A stretch of DNA of 64,000 bases from a virus, in IMG/VR virus record IMGVR_UViG_3300009705_003007, positions 1-64,000 of that record; one strand, given 5' to 3'. Positions 31,101 to 39,864 of this stretch are shown piece by piece. The position numbers and the translations under genes were made by a program. Under the pieces are notes generated by a model. That model had not been told where the DNA came from and ran no database searches. It saw nothing but the letters and a program-made list of their open reading frames with translations. Every line of letters begins with the position of its first letter. Position 1 is the stretch's first letter.

Positions 31101-34100
31101 TGCATGGGGTGAAGTTTACCCAACCATGAAAGCGGGAGGTCATTGTGCGGATATAGCTCAAAAAGTATGGGATTATGTTGAGACTCATGATGGTTTCTTG
31201 AGACGTGGCGATTGTGGCTATGGAAACGGAGCCTTGTGGGTGGGGTGGGTTGAAGACGATGGCGTGGACAACGACTTTATGTGTCCAAAGTGTTTAACAA
31301 TCAACGATGAAGGACAATGCAATAGTGCAACTACATGCATGTTGCCAGATGGAACATCTGAACAGGGCGACTGCGCAAGTGGTCAAGGTCAATGTATGGA
31401 CATTGGAGGAGATGCCGTAGAGGGAATAACTGAAGAAGGAGATTGTAATGGAGAAGGACAAAATTGGAGAGACGGAGTAACTGAAGATTGTTGCGAATGG
31501 TTCAAATTTTGTTCGTTCGACATATGCACCAATTTCGATGACGTTCAAGAGAGTCAGGGCTTAGTCGATTGTGTATGGAGAAAAGCAGACACAAAAGAAG
31601 AGTGTGAGAGGAAGATGAGCAACACGGGCGCTGGCGGTATTTGGCAAGACGGATGTGTTCCAACTGAAGCAAGATTACTACTGGATGAATGCTCTCCTGT
31701 TCACGATATACCAGAAGAACTTATAAACATTGTTTTGGGAGAAAAGGTAGGTGAATGTACTTGTTTTAATGAAGCAGGTGACGACCTTAGCGCGAACCTA
31801 CCTGAAAATGAATGTCAAGAATTGGTAAATTCTGGGGTTTGTGATGGAAGTATTCCTCCTGCATTTAACCCAGATATGGTTGGAGGTCAAGGAAGCACTT
31901 ATCCAGTAAGAGAAAACAACGTAGTTAAACTAAGGGTTGATGGGCCTTTAACCACAGAATTGACCGACCTGAGCGAAATAGAAGACGGTTTTCTAAAGTC
32001 TAAATGTTGGCTTAATGACGAAGTGTTTACGGTTAGTTTTGGTGAAATAGACAAGGCGCTTTGTCTTGCTATGAATAATAATCCACTTACACCGGGAGTA
32101 TTTAGATGGGGGCCAGACTATTACACAACTGAGTTTGGGTTAAAACGTCGTAGTCCCTTATCTGGAGGAGAGGGAGTAGGCAATGCCATGACTTACTGGC
32201 ATCACACTGGGCTTTTCCCCAAAGGTGAGATGGCTAGTTATGTTAACGATCACTGCATGGGAACTATGCAGCATAGAAGAATCCAGTACGCCAGCAACGA
32301 AAGACCAATCAAAATAACTTCCAGAAACCACCTATTAAAAGACGGTGATCTTGTTTCTACTTGGGATGTCCAAGGCAATTTTGGTGCTAACGTCATGACT
32401 AATCGTGATTGGCAAGAAACCCAATGGGAAGACAAGATATATAGCCCATGTGTTGGAGAGACTTGCGACGAAGTAATGTGGCCAAATAGCGTTTGTGCCG
32501 AGTCCACAATATGCTTAGACGAACAGGGTAATGAAATAAAGGGAGCAGGTAGAGAATCTTGTACAGGAGGAGAATGTGAAGCAACAAGAAAGGATGGTTC
32601 CAAATGTAATAGTCAAAATGCTTGTGAAGCAGAAGCGGAAGAATGTATCCCTCTGCAATCAGATGGCACTTGTAAAGAAGGTTTTGTAAAAGATAAAGAT
32701 TATAAGTTTGATAACGCAACCCAAAGCCAACCCACATGTGATGAGAAGAAATTTTCATGCTGTTATAATAAAGAAGACGGTGCTGGGATGTGTTTAAACA
32801 CCCTGTGGGAAAACCCAGACAGCCTGATGGGATGTGGTTCAAAGTGGGACGGAAAACAAGGAAACACCTTTAAAACATATTGCGATACCGATAAGTATTA
32901 CGCTTGTAACGGAGCGCCTATATTGGGAGAAGATCCTCCTCCAATGGATTCTTTTGTAGCCAAGAACGTGACACTTGACACTTTTGATTTATTTACATGT
33001 GACAAACACCCGGTCGATGGAAGAATAAAAAACAAAACAAATTTAGATACTGAAGAATGTGAAGACGAAAGTAAGCAAGTATGTGTAACAAATGCTGGCA
33101 TGCCCTATGAGACGATTGTTGCGGAGCCTGAATGGTCTGTTAAACTTTCGCCCTTCGAAGATGAGAAATATTTTGGACTAGTGGGCCACGAAGCTTTCGA
33201 AAAGCAAGAATGGTGCGCTGCTGGAGATCAGCTAAGACCAGAACACACTAGTAATGCTGCGTGTACCCATGCAGGTTTTACTTGGACTAATAATTATTCG
33301 CTTGAAACAGGTTCTTGTGACATAGACTCAAATAACAACATAAAATACAACGACTGTATAGAATTAGCCTGCTACATAGAGGACAGGAGAACAAGAAAGT
33401 CAGAAACAGAATGTGTTGGGTCTGACGTTAACGGAGTGGCTTTACTCTGGAAAAAGGGAAACTGGTCAGGTGGGGTTGATGCAGACGTTAGATGTATTAC
33501 TTTTGGGAAATGCCTAATTGTAGACAATGCTATTGGCGTGTCTGAAGGCATGATGACAAGAGATGAATGCACCCTTCTTGGAAAAACCTTCAGAACTCTT
33601 CATACGAACAAACCTTACACAGATGGAACACAACAATATCTGCATCAATGCTATGATGGATCTGCTAATGCAGATAATCATGAAGACATTATACGAAAGG
33701 CTATGGACGTTGATGAATTAGAAAAAGTATGTCTAGCAAAACATAGTAAATGTATAGATTATGATGGCAATGACTTAGGCATAGGTAATGAAAGCAATTG
33801 CTTATCAATGGGTGGAACGTGGCAAACTGGTAAAGTCCAAACCCAATATAACGAGTGTGTTAAAACAATAGAGGGTGAGTTGGGGGTTTTAGACTACTCG
33901 TTCGGAGATCCTTTTAAAAACTGTTTTATTGAAAACGCATGGAAGTCCGAAATGATGCTGGACGACACGAGTTCCATGGTCTCAAGCTTTGGAGTACCCA
34001 GCGTGGGCGTTTGGAAGACATGTCCATTCACTGGTCAATGGGACTATTGGGGAAATGCCAACGATGATGTTGGTGTAGAAGCTGGTTATGTAAGCCATCT

Positions 34101-37100
34101 TAATGCTGATGAACTGGATTCCAAATTCAAACTTGGATGGGGAGGGCCGGGATATAAATGGGAAGAAAGAGCAAACGATTACTATGTACAAATTGAACAA
34201 AAAGGTATATGTCCAGTATGCTGTGATCACTTTATGCCTAGAAGTCTTATTGCAACAATTTCAGACCAACCAACTGAAATATTGAATCATATACAATGTA
34301 GAATGGATCCTTGTGATGCACCAACAGCGAATGATTCGTTTGGTATTAACGACGTGGGATCCGCTAATCATGATGGCTATTGTTGTGCAGACGCGCATCA
34401 TCCTTGTGTTTTAGGTGATGATGTTCCGAATTGTGAAAGTGAATTCATTCCTCTTCCTAACGGTAGCTTAAAGCCTGTAACTTTTGGTCAGTGTTATAAA
34501 GACGGCGAATTGCTTGTTTCTTTCAGACGAGATGATTGCGTTAGGAAGAGAGGTGGCACGTTTGTGCCGGTAACAGCGCCGGAGATGTGTGATCCATTCA
34601 TAAGAACACGTCTCAGTAATGCTGGAACTACGAATTGTAGGAAGTGTTCAGAGGTGTATAGCTCCAGACATAAAGTTAAAACTTATGCGGAAACCGGAAA
34701 TGTAAAATCGAGAGAAAGAGGGCTCTTGAGTTATTCAGGAAGTAATTGCTGCGAAGATGGAACGTTATGTGAAAGAACTACAAACGCACAAGACAAAAAC
34801 CTTCTGGACGAAGATTATCCTTATCCAACATGTGAACAAGTAAGATTTTTATGCCCGCCTTGTACGGTAGAGGGACAAACATGTAACAAGGGACAAGTAT
34901 CAGCATTATGCAAGGTGACGCTTGATCCTTATGGAAATGAAGTTGGGATTGATTGGCAGTTTGAGCCTTGTATTTGTTTCCCAAACAATGTTTCGTATGA
35001 GTATGAGCCTGAATTTGTAGTCACGGGTGACGCAGGAAACTCGGCAGCCGGAAGTTGTGATTTCAATGGGGTTAAGAATAGCGCTGGGGATATGGGGGTA
35101 GATAATGCTGGAGGATGTTATGACGTTAACGGAAACATAGTAGTAGGAAAAGAGAGAAAAAACGGCGCCTTAGAATCAGACTGTGCTAGTAACGAAAAAT
35201 GGAAAAGCGGATCTGGTGGTTGTATGCCAATGCATATAGAAGCATACGCTGATGAATCTTGCTACGATCTAGGAAATTCTATTGAGTCATACGATTCGAC
35301 ATGTCCCGGATTCGACGCGATTGACGTACCAATGGAATACGATGGGGTTGTATGGAGATCAGAATGGGAGTTGATGAATGAAGTTGGCTTAAAGACATGT
35401 GAATTTGGCATGCATAGATTCCACTGGCCTGTAAATTGTAGAGCAACTGGCCCATCAGGAAGTGATTATACTGCTCCATCAGAAATTGTTGCTGTCGGTG
35501 GTGACTGTGACGGATGCGACATGCCTCAAATGGGCTTGCATGGAATATTGGTTGACGGAAGAAAAAGCTGGCTAACACATAGAAATGCAAAACTACCAAA
35601 CGCAACTAATGACGGGCATTTTATTAGATTAGTAATGGGCTGTGGAAACTCTATACCATCAATAGACGCTTATAGAAGTGGTGATATAGTTGATGGCGGC
35701 TTTGGGCCAATATTAGGAGCCACTTATAGAGATAACGGTATTAAAATATGGTCAGAAATAACCAACTGTACCTTTACAGACGCTATGGGTTCTGATGGTC
35801 TAAGAATAGACAGGGTTGATACTGGTGTTTCTGGTAGTCCTCCTATCTTTCCCCTCAAACCATGCATATCAAAAAATCAACTAGTTAAGGCGATGCACGG
35901 AAAACTTCCTACACCGGGAGATCCAACTGAAACAGAAAGAGTCTATACGTTTGCTGGAAGATGTATAAGGAAAAAAGACTGTGGGCCAAAGGGGCCATGT
36001 CACGGTACAGACTGCTGTACTTACAAGGGAAGAGATAAAAGGTACTTCAGCGCCCCGCTTTGGAGTGGAGGTATTGCTTGTTCGACAGGCGGAGACCTTG
36101 CACATAGATGTCAGGCAACTGGTTTCGATCCCCTTCCTTCAAAACCGGCAGAACAATTTACTGTTCATTATATAAAAGATGTTAATCCTGTAACGGGTGA
36201 AGGAACGCTCGTTGTTCCAGCTTACGCCCCAACATTTGGTGGTAGAAGGTGTCATTATGAAAACGGAACTCCCGTTGGTATTGGTGTAGCCGAATTACAA
36301 GATGCTGAACTAGACACTTTTGGCGATTTTTCAAGAAATAACAAATCTAGAAATCCATATCTACCAGCCGGTGGCACAGTCATAACGGGGTCTAAAACGT
36401 CATCTACAAAATCTTCTGTTACTACTTATAAGCGACACGACGGTATTCCAAGCGGAGATGCCATACCTGACGAACATGGTGATAAAGGTCGTGGTAATGG
36501 TCAGTTTATGGAAATAAAGGTCGCAAATGTTGCACCGCTTATAACCAAAAACCCAAGGAAGAACAGACATTTAAGAATCTATGATAGGTCGAGAGGAAGC
36601 GCAGCATCTGGTTTTCATAACGCCACCACTCTTTCTGGCATGAATATGCTACAAAGGTATGACTTACCGCAGCCTTACGGTTTAAATCCTTGGCCTGTCG
36701 ATCACCAAACGCACTCAACCTCCTATAGTCCATGGCCTAAAGGTGGCCCACATTCACCTAATGCTTTATTGGGGGGTATACCTACGGAGAGTCTAAGAAA
36801 AGATCCTGCTCTTTCTCTTAATCAACCCGGAAGAGTTGGGCCTATGCCAACAATGGATAATCTAAATAGAATGTTTAGGTATAATGAAGTAAACATGGGA
36901 GATGGAGCGACCACGCCCATTCCAGAAATATTTCCTTTTGAGCCTGTTCAGATTGATGGGTTTGATAATGTCTATTCAGACTCATTAGGAGCTTGTACTA
37001 ATTCTTATTACAAAACCAAGGGTGCTTGTAAAACAGCAGACCATCTATGGATTCCTCAGTTCATATATACAAAAGTTACAACAAAATACGATCATGATTT

Positions 37101-39183
37101 AGCTGATGCTGAAAAGCTTGTAATTAGTGGAAGCGTAGCCTATCCAGCAACCTGTAAAGGTGTAAGATTGGGCTATTGTTCAGGAAAGAAAGGTGCGTCT
37201 ATAAATGATTGTATAAGGGGCGAATGTGTTGATACCCATATGATAAATTCTCCATATGTTCATATAGATGGAGACATAACTAAAGGTATTATAGATAATA
37301 AGACAGATTGTGATGCCGCCAGCGCACAAAAACAAAATGATGCTTTTTTGAATGGCTTTGATGCGCCGTCTTTGGCATTTAAGACTAACGGTCAATGGGT
37401 TCAAGTGTTTAAAGAGACGACGAGTTCAGACGGTCGTGAACCTGAAATAGGAGATGCGGATAAGCACATTTGTGAAGTAGTGTTTAATGGTGAATGGGTA
37501 GTTGGGACGACAAACAACGAGAAAGACAAAAAGGGCTTTTATAAGGACGAAAACAATGATTTTCCTATTAAGTTAACCCTTGGGCATGAAGGCTTTGTTG
37601 AAGGCTGTCCTGTTGGTTGTAGGTTAAACGGATTCTATTTATCAGATCCATGCACACCGCCAAGTGACAGCAGTCCAGAAGGACAATGTTTCGAATGCGT
37701 GGAAACTGTTGTTATTGTAGATGAACAAGAAATAAGAGAGATGAAATGTCCTCTTGGCCCAGTTGATGGAAATTACGTCGCTAGAAAACGAGGCTGTCAA
37801 CACGCTGAATATGAAAACGAAAAAGACTGTGAAGAAAAGGGTTGGGCTTGGTTCGGTAAAATTACAGCTAAAAACGAATTTGCTATTCATCAAGAAATGG
37901 AATTAACAATTCATGATGCAAGTCAATTAAGATCAAACCTAGATGCCTATAAACCACTACCAGTAAATATTGACTCCGGTCTTTATGGTACGGACTGGGA
38001 ATATGATTTATCGAATACTCCTAAAAGAATAAGCACAGACGCCGCTGTAGGCACGTCTGAACCATTGAGTAGTTTAAGTCACGATCAATGCAAAGCAACA
38101 AGAGGGGCAGAGTGGACGATAACCAACAACACCACAACACCTCCGGAAGGTCGATGTGTAGATCTTTCAAGACTGGACGCTGAATTCCCAGCCTTGTTTG
38201 GTGACGATCCCGAAAGTGCAGAAACAGAAGAACAACAAGCAATTTATGATCTTTGTAACAAAAGTGACAATTGTCAATTCATAAGGAAATATAAACAATG
38301 TTTAGGTAATCACTGGTCTGATATAGGGACGTGTTGGCAAGTTAAAACAGACGATAGCGAAGGACGAATCATTACAGATGAAGAAACCACGCATAGAGAG
38401 TGTGATGCTTTAAATGGTGTGTTTGTTGGAAAACCAATATCATCCATAGAAACTGTCGATGAATGTGCTGAGTATTCTTTACAAAGCTCAAGGTGTAGCA
38501 TAAGCGGTGATAATGAAATCTACTCAAGCGAAGGAAGTTGCCTATTCGCGGGTGGTGATTGGATAGAAGCAAGAGACGCAAGTGGAGAAGCAGTTTATGA
38601 ATTTGAATGTATAGACGCTTCTATTCCGGGATCATACTCCACGCCTAAAGAATGTACTGTAATTGGACTTGGAAAAGTTTCCTATAAAGGTACACCAAGC
38701 AGTATTTCTCTGGACGAACGCAAGATGAACGTCGTCACAATGATGAAAAAGTTATCAAATCTATCTTCTCCAGAAGCTATTGCTATGGGTCATGATGTTG
38801 GCATTGGTCTTTCTCCAAGAAACCATAAAGGTGTTATATACGCAGCACAGGTAGACGTTTCTGTAGCAGAGAATAAAGGTTATGACAAGTACGCAGATCC
38901 AAACTGGAGAGCAGTATGGAGTAGACACGGTGGGGCATTTGATATTCTAATAGGGTATCCCCCACCGGAAAATAATTGTAGACAAGGAAATAGTGACAAA
39001 CCTACAAACATGGACTTCTACCTACAATTTGATCAGATATGCTGTAACGACAAAGGGGCGTTAAACTTCCATAAATGTGAAGACAAGTGCTGGCATCATT
39101 ACTATGGGCCAGTCTTAAACGATATGGAATTCCAACATGGAATACCCGGAGATTCAATACTTCACGTAAATGTTCACGAATAA
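28111..39183 (+). CDS. Giant (3690 aa) cysteine-rich virion protein, probable tail fibre/receptor-binding protein
   Basis: 11-kb uninterrupted ORF at the end of the tail module. Dozens of C..C..W modules, and two interrupted beta-barrel domains of the 'ANPxVxTxxxHGLxxGDxV' (E1-FCCH-like) phage tail type. Confidence 0.7.
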   Translation: MAIGDPWDTSYNPRYNYPLKNQHTGKPAWMPDASDEVPQDNPLALKDRRKGRFCTEGCGCIDTYCSNLAGARCTLPPELAITIMRTPDGRYQARNGIENGEGETYHLKYSNGSWRGSRCCSHNADGSLNYACDPCKVSTLPNGKPSECHHANNKYKELDSNKQVGDNFTPRGKYHYDAAMHGEAWPRRGVDTWLVPDGYNETLPTDGTEMLKSSERVGRYSGCFNIDGSLQEVDAAVTDDASCKDLHGPKAYWNEFIPSWTNNDVKDRQSVEDLIGTELQQTQFSKNSTSARLNIKAVEKRIRIDKENYLVGYSIQNGSDEDVAENIADPRIAYSTVDSREGGCIEDGAAPIKKRPWCRNAGTGTRIRQQCTDTQHKNKIDCEDAVIPGTSETTTSEIWLYDDKSECQGSGFCYPPEETGGTGVADLSVEALKPHCVTKAYCEGTSDNCSQSVVDPDTGIGRTCDTKDDCEAPVYGNTGCGGSWLNNPVLNKADCIDLGEKWVGEQEYTQGYCIDEIGQRVPLDVPAGMTEQECRDSDKETWVDPSKSKKGCEEVFPEDAPNGTEWSLGSENSCESHNKGKDALCRDSDGNVIDGSCSLSSDENKTQEDCVELSCYETSSGAKVSKSEGECLGPIYSWKKGVWTPFSKKSVCEAADGTWYSNVWMPNDWVDWEYEKRSCCGGTILDEAHPFHTPQISGGARNTRKNTVCFTPYSEVILHTDAISGFIGDSRGEGCTSIGNQFDRQLFFPDIESYWTVIIRPCNFWGSCTEEGKTRPDPSELTGQPDNYFDTTCGEEVVLYLPVDQMLNCSNFNLTLQSEEQLRSGWKESEPMWDERMGSFEYGNPATNIAAKVGMSSAVTGAGNISGGFPGTPFGTQYPAWCMNPDANFDGIADGQAFQGSASGRNFCDQYVYYSSGAEKNRLANAKGAEVLHGFNIQPQPFKATEEKQNRAKSFEQALNDKAYWQKCVGHIMGDYGGGGHWFWNYGVDYFMYYDFVAWGEVYPTMKAGGHCADIAQKVWDYVETHDGFLRRGDCGYGNGALWVGWVEDDGVDNDFMCPKCLTINDEGQCNSATTCMLPDGTSEQGDCASGQGQCMDIGGDAVEGITEEGDCNGEGQNWRDGVTEDCCEWFKFCSFDICTNFDDVQESQGLVDCVWRKADTKEECERKMSNTGAGGIWQDGCVPTEARLLLDECSPVHDIPEELINIVLGEKVGECTCFNEAGDDLSANLPENECQELVNSGVCDGSIPPAFNPDMVGGQGSTYPVRENNVVKLRVDGPLTTELTDLSEIEDGFLKSKCWLNDEVFTVSFGEIDKALCLAMNNNPLTPGVFRWGPDYYTTEFGLKRRSPLSGGEGVGNAMTYWHHTGLFPKGEMASYVNDHCMGTMQHRRIQYASNERPIKITSRNHLLKDGDLVSTWDVQGNFGANVMTNRDWQETQWEDKIYSPCVGETCDEVMWPNSVCAESTICLDEQGNEIKGAGRESCTGGECEATRKDGSKCNSQNACEAEAEECIPLQSDGTCKEGFVKDKDYKFDNATQSQPTCDEKKFSCCYNKEDGAGMCLNTLWENPDSLMGCGSKWDGKQGNTFKTYCDTDKYYACNGAPILGEDPPPMDSFVAKNVTLDTFDLFTCDKHPVDGRIKNKTNLDTEECEDESKQVCVTNAGMPYETIVAEPEWSVKLSPFEDEKYFGLVGHEAFEKQEWCAAGDQLRPEHTSNAACTHAGFTWTNNYSLETGSCDIDSNNNIKYNDCIELACYIEDRRTRKSETECVGSDVNGVALLWKKGNWSGGVDADVRCITFGKCLIVDNAIGVSEGMMTRDECTLLGKTFRTLHTNKPYTDGTQQYLHQCYDGSANADNHEDIIRKAMDVDELEKVCLAKHSKCIDYDGNDLGIGNESNCLSMGGTWQTGKVQTQYNECVKTIEGELGVLDYSFGDPFKNCFIENAWKSEMMLDDTSSMVSSFGVPSVGVWKTCPFTGQWDYWGNANDDVGVEAGYVSHLNADELDSKFKLGWGGPGYKWEERANDYYVQIEQKGICPVCCDHFMPRSLIATISDQPTEILNHIQCRMDPCDAPTANDSFGINDVGSANHDGYCCADAHHPCVLGDDVPNCESEFIPLPNGSLKPVTFGQCYKDGELLVSFRRDDCVRKRGGTFVPVTAPEMCDPFIRTRLSNAGTTNCRKCSEVYSSRHKVKTYAETGNVKSRERGLLSYSGSNCCEDGTLCERTTNAQDKNLLDEDYPYPTCEQVRFLCPPCTVEGQTCNKGQVSALCKVTLDPYGNEVGIDWQFEPCICFPNNVSYEYEPEFVVTGDAGNSAAGSCDFNGVKNSAGDMGVDNAGGCYDVNGNIVVGKERKNGALESDCASNEKWKSGSGGCMPMHIEAYADESCYDLGNSIESYDSTCPGFDAIDVPMEYDGVVWRSEWELMNEVGLKTCEFGMHRFHWPVNCRATGPSGSDYTAPSEIVAVGGDCDGCDMPQMGLHGILVDGRKSWLTHRNAKLPNATNDGHFIRLVMGCGNSIPSIDAYRSGDIVDGGFGPILGATYRDNGIKIWSEITNCTFTDAMGSDGLRIDRVDTGVSGSPPIFPLKPCISKNQLVKAMHGKLPTPGDPTETERVYTFAGRCIRKKDCGPKGPCHGTDCCTYKGRDKRYFSAPLWSGGIACSTGGDLAHRCQATGFDPLPSKPAEQFTVHYIKDVNPVTGEGTLVVPAYAPTFGGRRCHYENGTPVGIGVAELQDAELDTFGDFSRNNKSRNPYLPAGGTVITGSKTSSTKSSVTTYKRHDGIPSGDAIPDEHGDKGRGNGQFMEIKVANVAPLITKNPRKNRHLRIYDRSRGSAASGFHNATTLSGMNMLQRYDLPQPYGLNPWPVDHQTHSTSYSPWPKGGPHSPNALLGGIPTESLRKDPALSLNQPGRVGPMPTMDNLNRMFRYNEVNMGDGATTPIPEIFPFEPVQIDGFDNVYSDSLGACTNSYYKTKGACKTADHLWIPQFIYTKVTTKYDHDLADAEKLVISGSVAYPATCKGVRLGYCSGKKGASINDCIRGECVDTHMINSPYVHIDGDITKGIIDNKTDCDAASAQKQNDAFLNGFDAPSLAFKTNGQWVQVFKETTSSDGREPEIGDADKHICEVVFNGEWVVGTTNNEKDKKGFYKDENNDFPIKLTLGHEGFVEGCPVGCRLNGFYLSDPCTPPSDSSPEGQCFECVETVVIVDEQEIREMKCPLGPVDGNYVARKRGCQHAEYENEKDCEEKGWAWFGKITAKNEFAIHQEMELTIHDASQLRSNLDAYKPLPVNIDSGLYGTDWEYDLSNTPKRISTDAAVGTSEPLSSLSHDQCKATRGAEWTITNNTTTPPEGRCVDLSRLDAEFPALFGDDPESAETEEQQAIYDLCNKSDNCQFIRKYKQCLGNHWSDIGTCWQVKTDDSEGRIITDEETTHRECDALNGVFVGKPISSIETVDECAEYSLQSSRCSISGDNEIYSSEGSCLFAGGDWIEARDASGEAVYEFECIDASIPGSYSTPKECTVIGLGKVSYKGTPSSISLDERKMNVVTMMKKLSNLSSPEAIAMGHDVGIGLSPRNHKGVIYAAQVDVSVAENKGYDKYADPNWRAVWSRHGGAFDILIGYPPPENNCRQGNSDKPTNMDFYLQFDQICCNDKGALNFHKCEDKCWHHYYGPVLNDMEFQHGIPGDSILHVNVHE

Positions 39184-39193
39184 GAGGAATATA

Positions 39194-39820
39194 ATGAAGG
39201 GTTTTTTTAATAACGAAGAAGAAGACGTTAATGCTTTAGAGAAGAAGCATATAAAGAGGAATAAGCCTCAAGTCTTCGATAATATAATAAGTGGTGGTAA
39301 AAAGGTTAAGGATTATATCGAACCAGAGAGACAAAGAGAAACGCCCTGTCAATGTCAAATGACAGAAGATACAGGAAGTATATTTTGCGATAGACATCAA
39401 TGCATAAAAAGCAAGTCCTTGCATCATCTATGTAAAAACAGAATGGCTTATTTTGAAATGTGGGAAGAAGGCAAAGGGCCAATGCAAGACCCGTTAAGTC
39501 AAACGATGGTGTCAAGAGGTCACAGAGGAACAGAAAATAAGGAAGAACAGAAAACTAAACAACAAATAGGATTTTTTAAAGTGGAAGAAGATAATGGATT
39601 CTTTATGGGCGATTTAGACATACCGTCTGAATCAAGAGGTTTAGGAGACACTTTAGCAAAAATAACCAAGGTTACAGGAATTAAGAAGGCTGTAGACACA
39701 GTGTTTAGCGCCATAAAGAAGGATTGCGGATGCAAGGAAAGACAAAGTAAGTTAAACAAAGTCTTTCCCTACAAAAGGGATGAAGCCAAGCAACATAAAA
39801 CAAAAGGCTTTTTCCAATAA
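39194..39820 (+). CDS. Cys/His-cluster protein with C-terminal GLGD...CGC domain (track start 39170)
   Basis: GAGGA SD before ATG 39194; CQC...CDRHQC...HHLC cluster; C-terminal RGLGDTLAKITKVTGIKK...DCGCKERQSKLNKVFPY. Confidence 0.65.
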   Translation: MKGFFNNEEEDVNALEKKHIKRNKPQVFDNIISGGKKVKDYIEPERQRETPCQCQMTEDTGSIFCDRHQCIKSKSLHHLCKNRMAYFEMWEEGKGPMQDPLSQTMVSRGHRGTENKEEQKTKQQIGFFKVEEDNGFFMGDLDIPSESRGLGDTLAKITKVTGIKKAVDTVFSAIKKDCGCKERQSKLNKVFPYKRDEAKQHKTKGFFQ

Positions 39821-39840
39821 TGGTGTATAATACTATAGAA
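39821..39840 (+). promoter_or_regulatory. Putative phage late promoter TGGTGTATAATA-nnn-TAGAA (copy 2)
   Basis: Intergenic match to 3252-3271, upstream of a gene with an AAGGAG SD. Confidence 0.7.
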
Positions 39841-39864
39841 TATAAGCTCTAAGGAGATTAAAAC

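Noticed and set aside
17837-39183. Diversity-generating retroelement acting on the Cys-rich tail genes
   Set aside because: No reverse transcriptase and no near-identical template/variable repeat pair were seen in the window; the module copies are diverged at all base types.
28111-39183. Eukaryotic origin or contamination (EGF-like or protist surface-antigen repeats)
   Set aside because: Intron-free, overlapping start/stop coupling with phage tail genes, same composition and Pro-Gly codon bias as the rest, and Cys spacing that does not match EGF.
28111-39183. Multiheme cytochrome
   Set aside because: Cys residues are not arranged as repeated CxxCH motifs.
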